Positions 17,914 to 24,331 of a DNA stretch of 24,331 nt are shown here, in pieces; position 1 is the stretch's first letter; the number at the start of each line of letters is the position of its first letter. The stretch is from assembly GCA_964413955.1 (NCBI GenBank), contig CAYPUD010000002.1, forward strand, positions 1 through 24,331, written 5' to 3'. A program made the translations under genes and the position numbers. The notes beneath the pieces are model-generated. The model had not been told where the DNA came from. It saw only the letters and a program-made list of their open reading frames with translations, and searched no databases. Source of the DNA: an uncultured Methanosarcinales archaeon. GTDB lineage: Archaea; Nanobdellota; Nanobdellia; Woesearchaeales; ARS49.

Positions 17914-18105
17914 TTAGATTACAATTCTAATCTTCTTGTCAGAACTGCCTGGTTTTCTGATGTTCACTAATTTATAATCTTTGATATTGTGTTTTTCAGC
18001 ATATGCCTTTGCTGCTTCTTCTGTTTTGAATGTCTTTGGCCTTTTCTTTCGTGGCTTTATCTTTGCAGCCCTTCTTCTTCTCCTTTTTACTGTTTTGTTT
18101 GCCAT
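17914..18105 (-). CDS. Small highly basic protein (63 aa), putative nucleic-acid binding
   Basis: Arg/Lys-rich N-tail plus RPKTFKTEEAAKAYAEKH. Its own TATA box is 30 nt upstream. Confidence 0.8.
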   Translation of the reverse strand: MANKTVKRRRRRAAKIKPRKKRPKTFKTEEAAKAYAEKHNIKDYKLVNIRKPGSSDKKIRIVI

Positions 18106-18127
18106 GTTTTGCTTTAATCTGTAATTT

Positions 18128-18142
18128 CTTTTTAAGCTTTTC
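18128..18142 (-). promoter_or_regulatory. BRE-TATA promoter for the 63-aa gene
   Basis: Minus strand gaaaagc-ttaaaaag, with the first TATA T at 18135. Confidence 0.6.
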
Positions 18143-18150
18143 TTTAATTT

Positions 18151-18490
18151 GGCTAAGTCAAGTTAAGTATGTCTTTGCCGCCAAGCATAGTATTTAGTTA
18201 GATTTTTTCAACACAAATCTTATTTTTAGTCCAAAAAGATCTTCTGCCCATTTTTTTTGCTTAAGAAAAGACTCTATACCCTAAAACCTGCTAATAACTC
18301 TGCGATTTTTCTTTCAGAATAAAACAGCAACAATATCTGTTTGCGTCCAAACAGGACGCCTAATGTTCAGCTCAAGAGTCTCCCCGCTTCTGCGTTACTA
18401 AGGACATCCTCGCTTATTGCTCATGTTCAAGAGTATTCTCCCTTGCTCAAAACATTTTACAGTACACTTCTTGTTCAGCCTAGGAGTATT
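18151..18490. other. Copy 2 (complete) of the dispersed non-coding element: conserved end motif, hairpin and three ~54-nt-periodic palindromic units (ncRNA, MITE or operator array)
   Basis: ggctaagtca...tgccgccaa (18151-18184), tatttttagt (18221), tgcgat (18301), hairpin gcgtcc-aaaca-ggacgc (18343-18359), and units at 18360-18378, 18414-18433 and 18468-18486. Collinear with 24121-24305. Confidence 0.75.
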
Positions 18491-18631
18491 TTTCTAGTTC
18501 TGTTTTTGTCATGGTTTGTTGATCTGTTACTCTGAGCGATTGTTGGTTTTTTCTTGTTGAGTTTTTGCTTGTTTAGGCTTTTGCCTTAATATTTCATGAC
18601 ATTTATATACTTGTTTTGTTTTTTTTGTTGT

Positions 18632-19225
18632 ATGGACATTAAATTATCTCAAAAGGTCTTCAAGGCTTTGGCCAGTCCCACGAGGATATCTATCCTTAAG
18701 GAATTGGATAGGAGAAGGTTCACGCAATCAGAGCTTTCTGAGAATCTTGGTTTTGCTGTTCCTACTATCAAACAGCATTTGCAGGATCTGGAAAAAGCAG
18801 GCCTAGTTAGCTGCATTGAGAATGGCAGAAAGTGGAAGTATTTTGAGCTCTCTAAAGAGGGCAAAGCTATCCTGCATCCTGAAGAAAAAAAGATCTGGAT
18901 CTTGCTGGGAACTTTTGCAGTCAGTGTTGTCGGAGGAATTATTGCTGCTGCTCAGAGATTCATTTCTCATTCTAGTGCGGATGAAGGCAGGTTGGCTTTA
19001 GCTGAAAATTACGTTGCCACAACAGCAGCTCAAAAAGGAAATGTTGTTTTTACTGGATCCCCTGTTGCGCATGCTTCAACTGCCAATTTTCCTGTCCTTT
19101 TTTTTGTTTTTATTGCTCTGGCAGTCATTAGTTTTTTGGGTGTTTTGTTTTTTTTGGCCAGAAGAAAGAGGATGATGAGGTTGCTGAAATCTGCTGGAAG
19201 CTTATCTGGAGGTAAAATAAAATGA
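18632..19225 (+). CDS. ArsR-like winged-HTH regulator with two C-terminal transmembrane helices
   Basis: FKALASPTRISILKEL...SELSENLG...TIKQHLQDLEKAGLV, with hydrophobic IWILLGTFAVSVVGGIIAAA and VLFFVFIALAVISFLGVLFFL. TATA at 18602-18609 supports the ATG at 18632. Confidence 0.85.
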   Translation: MDIKLSQKVFKALASPTRISILKELDRRRFTQSELSENLGFAVPTIKQHLQDLEKAGLVSCIENGRKWKYFELSKEGKAILHPEEKKIWILLGTFAVSVVGGIIAAAQRFISHSSADEGRLALAENYVATTAAQKGNVVFTGSPVAHASTANFPVLFFVFIALAVISFLGVLFFLARRKRMMRLLKSAGSLSGGKIK

Positions 19226-19965
19226 GATGGATTAATTTTGTTTTTGTTTTGTTGGCTTTTGTCTTTTTTGTTGGCTGCACTCAGCCCCAGACAATTGTTG
19301 TTGACAAAGAAAATACTAAAGACCTGAACTCTTTGGTTGTTCAGGGTGTTGCAGATTTTGACACTGCTCCTGATGAGGCTATAATCACTTTCGCAATAGA
19401 AACTCAGGATAAGGATGTCAAGATTGCTCAGGATGAGAACAGGAAAAAGGCTAATAGTGTGATGCAGGCTCTTTCCAGCAAGGGTATTGGTCATGATAAG
19501 ATTGAGACTTCTTATTATAACATTCAGAAGATCAGGGAATGGGATCATGAAACAAGAAAGCAAGTGGATAAAGGGTTCAGAGTCACCAATAGGATAAAAG
19601 TTACTGTTGATGAGTTGGATAAGGTTGGAGAGGTTCTTGATGCTATTGTAAAAGCAGGAGCCAACAGGGTTGATGGTGTTGATTTTGGGTTGAGTGATAA
19701 GAAAAAGACTGAAGTGAAATCAGAAGCCTTAAGGATCGCTGCTAAGAACGCTAAAACAAAGGCAGAGTCTTTGGCTGTTGGCGCTGGCGTCACTCTTGGA
19801 AAGGTGCTGAGCATCCAGGAAATCGCTTATGACATTTATCCCATCAGGGCTTATGCTAAAGAAGCGGTTATGGCTGGAGAAATGGATGAGAATTTTCCTT
19901 CAACTCAGATAAATCCTGAGCAGGTGCACGTAAATGTTAAGGTCAAGGTCGTTTATGCGATCTGA
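19222..19965 (+). CDS. SIMPL domain (DUF541) protein with signal or lipoprotein-like peptide
   Basis: VVQGVADFDTAPDEA, GFRVTNRI, VLDAIVKAGANRVDGVDFGLS and ALRIAAKNAKTKAESLA. ATGA overlap with the upstream gene. Confidence 0.92.
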   Translation: MRWINFVFVLLAFVFFVGCTQPQTIVVDKENTKDLNSLVVQGVADFDTAPDEAIITFAIETQDKDVKIAQDENRKKANSVMQALSSKGIGHDKIETSYYNIQKIREWDHETRKQVDKGFRVTNRIKVTVDELDKVGEVLDAIVKAGANRVDGVDFGLSDKKKTEVKSEALRIAAKNAKTKAESLAVGAGVTLGKVLSIQEIAYDIYPIRAYAKEAVMAGEMDENFPSTQINPEQVHVNVKVKVVYAI

Positions 19966-20134
19966 TTTTTTTTCTTTTTTTTGATAAATTTCTTAGATTG
20001 GATCGTTTAGGTATTTATCTAATTCATATTTCCTCATGGTTCAACACCTTATAAAAAAGTCTGTTGTTGATTATTGGGTAGCTGTTTTTAGAGCTGACTG
20101 GATGACTTTATCTTTTTCTACAACGTTCTTTTGA

Positions 20135-20150
20135 CAAAAACATTTATATA
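20135..20150 (+). promoter_or_regulatory. BRE-TATA promoter for the secreted paralog pair
   Basis: caaaaaca-tttatata. Confidence 0.65.
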
Positions 20151-20188
20151 CTCTTCTTGTTTTAATTGCTGTGAAAAGAGGTGTAGTT

Positions 20189-21010
20189 ATGGGAAGAGTT
20201 AAAATTTTGATTAGTTCATTGCTTATTTTGCTTATGTCTGTTGTTGCTGTGAGCGCTGCGCTTTCTTACTATTATTATCCTCCTGCTTATGGTGGACAGT
20301 CTGCTTATTACAGGAGACATTATTATTCTCCTGCATCCCAAAAGCTTTATTTTGGCCAGGCTTATGGCAAGCCTTTAGGGGGTTTTGGTTCTAAAGGGAC
20401 TTGGAGTTCTTATTCAAGGGTTAGTGGAGGCCTGAAATCTCCGACAAGCCCTTCCTCTAATTTAGCGACAAATTCATTCACTCCCATGGGCAGGAACCCT
20501 AATGTCGTCAGTAATTGGGACCCTAATTTTAGGGGTTATAATAGGATAGACACTTCTGTTGTTCTTGAGCCTTATAACTTAGGCTTTCAGATTAGGCAGG
20601 GCTTAAGGGTCTTTCCTAGAGGTTCTGCAAGATTGATCAGCCAGTTCGGTAATTTTGGCAGTGGAGCAAGGAGCAGCCCATGGCAAAGCAATAACAAAGC
20701 GCCTCAGAGTGAGATTTATGTTCAGGCTAGGGATCTTCCTCCTTTAGGTAATGCTGAAAGGTATGAACTGTGGCTGTTTGATTCTGATTTTGGTAGAAAG
20801 CAGAGTTTAGGACTGATTTATGGAGGTCTTGGAGGAACCATTCGGGATAAAGTTCAGATCTCTAAGCCGATCCAGCAGTTTGATTTTGTTGGTATTAGCA
20901 GAGAGCCTTACCCTGATCTTGATCCTACCCCTAACAGGATTGTCTTGATCGGTGCTATCAATCCTGCTCGGCAAAAGGAAGTTGAAGCTTTTGTGAGGAC
21001 ATTAAAATGA
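20189..21010 (+). CDS. Secreted protein with a Tyr/Gly/Ser-rich N-region and a C-terminal RskA-C-like beta domain
   Basis: Signal peptide, then DLPPL...YELWLFD...SLG...ISREP...P...VLIG. The gaggtg RBS supports the ATG at 20189. Confidence 0.75.
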   Translation: MGRVKILISSLLILLMSVVAVSAALSYYYYPPAYGGQSAYYRRHYYSPASQKLYFGQAYGKPLGGFGSKGTWSSYSRVSGGLKSPTSPSSNLATNSFTPMGRNPNVVSNWDPNFRGYNRIDTSVVLEPYNLGFQIRQGLRVFPRGSARLISQFGNFGSGARSSPWQSNNKAPQSEIYVQARDLPPLGNAERYELWLFDSDFGRKQSLGLIYGGLGGTIRDKVQISKPIQQFDFVGISREPYPDLDPTPNRIVLIGAINPARQKEVEAFVRTLK

Positions 21011-21642
21011 GAAAGTTCAAATCTTTTAGGTCAGTTTTTAGTGTGTCTGTTTTGCTTGCTTTATTGCTGCTTTCCTCATTCGCTGTTGCTAAAGTTTATC
21101 CTGATAAGAAGGTCACCGTCGCTGAGAAGGGTCCTTGGAAGATCACGCATTTTGATTCAAGGATTCTGCCTGTTCGTTTTCAGACTTTTGTTTACATGCA
21201 GCCTACTTATTTGGATCCTTACAAAGGCACTGGCAGGGGCGGTTATCCTCCTTTTTGGCCTAGAGCGACTGCTTACATCCGCAGTTCTGAATCAGCTGGT
21301 TATCCCAGAACAACAGTCACAATCAATACTAAAGACTTGCCGTCTAGTTTTGAGAATCCTGTCTTTTTTGAGGTCTGGTTGTATGACGATGATACTGAGC
21401 AGGCCTTGAGTCTTGGTGTTTTCTATACCAGCATGGGTGGTAGTGCTAAGTTTGAATACAATTATAAGAATTATATTGGGCCTTATGATAGGATTCTGAT
21501 CACTATTGAGCCTTTTTATGATGATGATCCTGGTCCTGGCTCAGTCATTCTTGAAGGCAGGATTTCAAAGCCTTTCTTTTTCAGGCCTCAGCCTAAGCAG
21601 ACTAGGATGATTACTGATGTGATTAAGGAGAACATAATCTGA
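21007..21642 (+). CDS. Secreted paralog of the upstream protein (RskA-C-like domain)
   Basis: Signal peptide, then DLPSS...FEVWLYD...SLG...ITIEP...PGSVILEG. ATGA overlap with the upstream gene. Confidence 0.75.
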   Translation: MRKFKSFRSVFSVSVLLALLLLSSFAVAKVYPDKKVTVAEKGPWKITHFDSRILPVRFQTFVYMQPTYLDPYKGTGRGGYPPFWPRATAYIRSSESAGYPRTTVTINTKDLPSSFENPVFFEVWLYDDDTEQALSLGVFYTSMGGSAKFEYNYKNYIGPYDRILITIEPFYDDDPGPGSVILEGRISKPFFFRPQPKQTRMITDVIKENII

Positions 21643-21704
21643 AATTATTGTTTTTTTTCTTTTTCTGTTTTTCTTCTTTTATTAGTTGCTTTTGTGATGT
21701 TTTT

Positions 21705-22667
21705 TTATTGTTTGCTTCCTTTTCTTTTGATCGCTTTCTTTACTGCTTTTGTTATGCTTTTCTCGTCCAGCCCGTAAAGCTTATACAATTCTTCCGCTTT
21801 CCCTGACTGACCAAATCTGTCTTTTACGCCTATGAATTCTATTGGCACAGGGTATTCCTGAGAGAGCATTTCTGCAACTGCGCTTCCTAATCCTCCTGCA
21901 ATCTGGTGTTCTTCTGCTGTCACTATAGCTTTTGTTCTTTTTGCGAATTGAATTATTTCTCTGTCAAGAGGCTTTATTGTGTGGCAGTCTATCACGCTCA
22001 CTTTAATACCTTCTTTTTCCAGTGTTTTTGCTGCGTTTAATGCTTTTTCTACCATGTATCCTGTTGCGATTATTGTTGCATCCTTTCCTCTCTTTAGGAC
22101 ATTGATTTTTCCTATCTCAAACTTATCTGTCATTCTTGTTATTATGTTTGCTTTTGCTCTTCCTAATCTCAGATAGCATGGCCCTTTTATTATCTTTAGC
22201 ATTGCTTTTGTTGCTTTCTTTGCTTCATTGTAGTCGCAGGGTGATATGACTGTCATGTTTGGCATTGTCCTCATAATTGCTATATCCTCAAGTGCTTGGT
22301 GTGTCGCGCCGTCCTCTCCTGTGTTTATTCCACAGTGTGTTGCAGCAATTTTTACATCAGCTTGATTGTAGCAGACGTTTATCCTTATCTGGTCGAGTGT
22401 TCTTCCTGGTGTGAATACCCCAAAGCTTGTTGTCACTGCGGTCTTGCCTGCTAGTGCCAGTCCTGCTGCTATGCCTATCATATTTTGTTCTGCCACGCCG
22501 CATTCAATGAATTGTTCAGGAAATTTTTCTGAGAATTCTTTTACTCTTGTGCTTTCTCTTAGGTCTGCTGTCAGGACTATCAAATCTTTTTTTTTCTTTC
22601 CTTCTTCTAGCAGAGCTTCTCCAAATCCTTGCCTTGTTGATTTTTTTTCTTTCATTTTTTCTTTCAT
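21705..22667 (-). CDS. Transketolase, C-terminal (pyrimidine-binding) subunit
   Basis: GVAEQNMIGIAAGLA, GEDGATHQALED and AEEHQIAGGLGSAVAE. Confidence 0.96.
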   Translation of the reverse strand: MKEKMKEKKSTRQGFGEALLEEGKKKKDLIVLTADLRESTRVKEFSEKFPEQFIECGVAEQNMIGIAAGLALAGKTAVTTSFGVFTPGRTLDQIRINVCYNQADVKIAATHCGINTGEDGATHQALEDIAIMRTMPNMTVISPCDYNEAKKATKAMLKIIKGPCYLRLGRAKANIITRMTDKFEIGKINVLKRGKDATIIATGYMVEKALNAAKTLEKEGIKVSVIDCHTIKPLDREIIQFAKRTKAIVTAEEHQIAGGLGSAVAEMLSQEYPVPIEFIGVKDRFGQSGKAEELYKLYGLDEKSITKAVKKAIKRKGSKQ

Positions 22668-22780
22668 TTTGAGACTGTTTTGGCTTTTTTAGCCATCGCA
22701 TTGATTTTTGTTGTTAGGAATAGACCAGCATTATCATCTTCTGCTTGTTGCGTAAATTGTTGCATGAATGATTGTGTGAT

Positions 22781-22794
22781 GAAAAGGTTTAAAT
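22781..22794 (+). promoter_or_regulatory. BRE-TATA promoter for the LMW-PTP gene
   Basis: gaaaagg-tttaaat about 32 nt before ATG 22820. Confidence 0.55.
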
Positions 22795-22819
22795 CTTGTT
22801 CAGGATTTATTTTGCCTGT

Positions 22820-23143
22820 ATGAAATTGTTGTTTATCTGCAATCAGAATAAGAATCGGAGCAGAACTGCTGAGATGATCTTCAAAGGCAGGTTCGAGACA
22901 AGGTCTGCTGGCCTTTACTGCGCTGAGCCTGTTTCTGAAGAGCAGGTCTCTTGGGCTGATATTGTTTTTGTTATGGAGGATGCTCAACGCAGTGAGCTTG
23001 CCAGAAGGTTCCCTAAGCAGTATCTGCTTAAGAGGATCATTTCTCTGAATATTCCTGATGTTTTCCATTTCAATCAGCCTGAGCTTATTGATATCCTCAA
23101 AGCAAAAGTTGGGGATGTTTTGGCAGGCCTGCATATTTCCTAG
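22820..23143 (+). CDS. Low-molecular-weight protein tyrosine phosphatase-like protein
   Basis: LLFICNQNKNRS (Cx5R-S P-loop), RSAG, WADIVFVME and LNIPD. Confidence 0.9.
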   Translation: MKLLFICNQNKNRSRTAEMIFKGRFETRSAGLYCAEPVSEEQVSWADIVFVMEDAQRSELARRFPKQYLLKRIISLNIPDVFHFNQPELIDILKAKVGDVLAGLHIS

Positions 23144-23243
23144 CGCTTTTCGATTCTGCTTTTTTGTTCTCATGTTTTTTTGTCGCATTTTTTTTGTCTT
23201 GTCTTTTTTACTCTTCTTCATTACGCATCTCTTTTTGATGATC

Positions 23244-24071
23244 TTATCTTTCGCCAAGTTCTTTCAGGGCAAGTTTGGCTTGCGCTTCATCTGGCGCTTT
23301 GCCATGCCATTCGCTTTTTCCTTCCATGAAGCTGACTCCTTTTCCAGGAATTGTGTTGGCTATTATCGCTGTTGGCTTTCCTTTTGTTTTTCTTGCCTGT
23401 ACGCATGCTTTTATGATCTCCTGTATCTTATTCCCGTCTATTTCTATCACGTTCCATTTGAATGCAATGTATTTTTTCTTGAGAGACTCTAATGGCATTA
23501 TTGCTCTTGTTTTTCCGCTTAATTGGATGTGGTTCCTGTCTATTATGTTTATCAGATTGTCAAGCTTGTTGTTTCCTGCAAACATTATCGCTTCCCAGGT
23601 GTTTCCTTCATCATGGTCTCCGTCGCTCGTTATGCAGAACACTTTTGCCTTGTTCTTGTCCATCTTCAAAGCAAGAGCCTCTCCTATTGCTATGCTTAAG
23701 TTTAATCCTAATGGTCCTGAGCTTGATTCTAGTGCTGGAAGATCAACATAACTAGGATGGCCTTGTAGTCTGCTTCCTAATTTTCGCAGTTCTAAAAGTT
23801 CTTTTTTTGGGAAGTATCCTGCATAAGCCATTGCCGCATATCTTGCTGGACACACATGGCCATTGCTTAGGATGAGCCTATCCCTGTTTTTCCATTTTGG
23901 ATTTTTGGGATTGTGTTTCATCACATTGAAGTATAGTGCTGTCATCACGTCAGCGATTCCTAAAGATCCTGCAGGATGCCCTGACCTTGCTTCTGTTATC
24001 ATCCTGATTATCTCTATCCTTAGCTTGTTTGCAATCACTTCTAATTTCTTTATGCTGTTTATTTTCACCAT
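23244..24071 (-). CDS. Transketolase, N-terminal (TPP-binding) subunit
   Basis: SGHPAGSLG, DRLILSNGH, LQGHP, SDGDHDEG...N and TIPGKGVSFME...WHG. Confidence 0.96.
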   Translation of the reverse strand: MVKINSIKKLEVIANKLRIEIIRMITEARSGHPAGSLGIADVMTALYFNVMKHNPKNPKWKNRDRLILSNGHVCPARYAAMAYAGYFPKKELLELRKLGSRLQGHPSYVDLPALESSSGPLGLNLSIAIGEALALKMDKNKAKVFCITSDGDHDEGNTWEAIMFAGNNKLDNLINIIDRNHIQLSGKTRAIMPLESLKKKYIAFKWNVIEIDGNKIQEIIKACVQARKTKGKPTAIIANTIPGKGVSFMEGKSEWHGKAPDEAQAKLALKELGER

Positions 24072-24098
24072 CTTTTTTGTTGTTATTGTTCTCTGTTA

Positions 24099-24113
24099 TT
24101 ATAAATGTTTTTC
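24099..24113 (-). promoter_or_regulatory. BRE-TATA promoter for the transketolase genes
   Basis: Minus strand gaaaaaca-tttataa, with the first TATA T at 24105. Confidence 0.65.
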
Positions 24114-24120
24114 TCAGTAA

Positions 24121-24331
24121 GGCTAAGTCAACTTTAGTGTGCCTATGCCGCCAAACGTGGTCCTCGAATGATTTCTTTCTGCATAGGTTTATTTTTAGTT
24201 TAAAACAACATTCTGTCTTGCGATCTTTATCTTCCGAAAAGAACTTCAACAAATAATAAGTACGCGTCCAAGCAGGACGCCTATTGTTTAACTCAAGAGT
24301 TTTCTTCCGTTACTTTTCACAGCATCAAGAA
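24121..24331. other. Copy 3 of the dispersed non-coding element (cut by the window end)
   Basis: ggctaagtca...tgccgccaa (24121-24154), tatttttagt (24190), tgcgat (24219), hairpin gcgtcc-aagca-ggacgc (24264-24280) and unit ctattg-tttaact-caagag (24281-24299). Confidence 0.75.

Noticed and set aside
18343-18490. Canonical CRISPR array
   Set aside because: Only 2-3 degenerate units, linkers partly homologous to each other, no typical GTTTC...GAAAC-type repeat ends, and no cas genes in the window.
18341-18535. 64-aa + strand ORF over the array
   Set aside because: The homologous frames in copies 1 and 3 do not match it, the 55-nt period breaks frame, and conservation is at nucleotide/hairpin level.
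22681-22695. tggct-ttttt-agcca mini-hairpin resembling the GGCTAA element end
   Set aside because: Only 6 nt of similarity and no other element blocks nearby.
24123-24331. Decayed protein gene (GVLLGR/GVLFGR on minus, or KQDAxCL on plus)
   Set aside because: The apparent peptide similarity comes from the hairpin. There are stops in all copies and no start codon.

Overview
Archaeal chromosomal DNA, most likely DPANN/Woesearchaeota-like (inferred from gene content, split RNAP B and A subunits and BRE-TATA promoters with mostly leaderless starts). The core block (- strand) is an intron-containing tRNA-Lys(UUU), rpoH-rpoB''-rpoB'-rpoA'-rpoA''-rpl30e-nusA-rps12-rps7 and an uncalled 44-aa acidic ORF. 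The left accessory block has an MNT-HEPN fusion, a SAM methyltransferase, a wHTH-Nudix regulator, a Nudix hydrolase, a GT-A glycosyltransferase and two orphans. The right block has a GalT-like enzyme plus amylo-alpha-1,6-glucosidase, a small basic protein, a membrane-anchored ArsR-like regulator plus SIMPL protein, two secreted RskA-C-like paralogs, and a split transketolase interrupted by an antisense LMW-PTP gene. The most unusual signal is a non-coding element family with three copies (36-180, 18151-18490, 24121-end). A full copy has a conserved GGCTAAGTCAA...TGCCGCCAA end sitting 15 nt from a divergent TATA box, a GCGTCC-N5-GGACGC hairpin, and a 53-55 nt periodic array of CTCTTG-N7-CAAGAG palindromes. 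A further palindrome copy lies upstream of the wHTH-Nudix gene.
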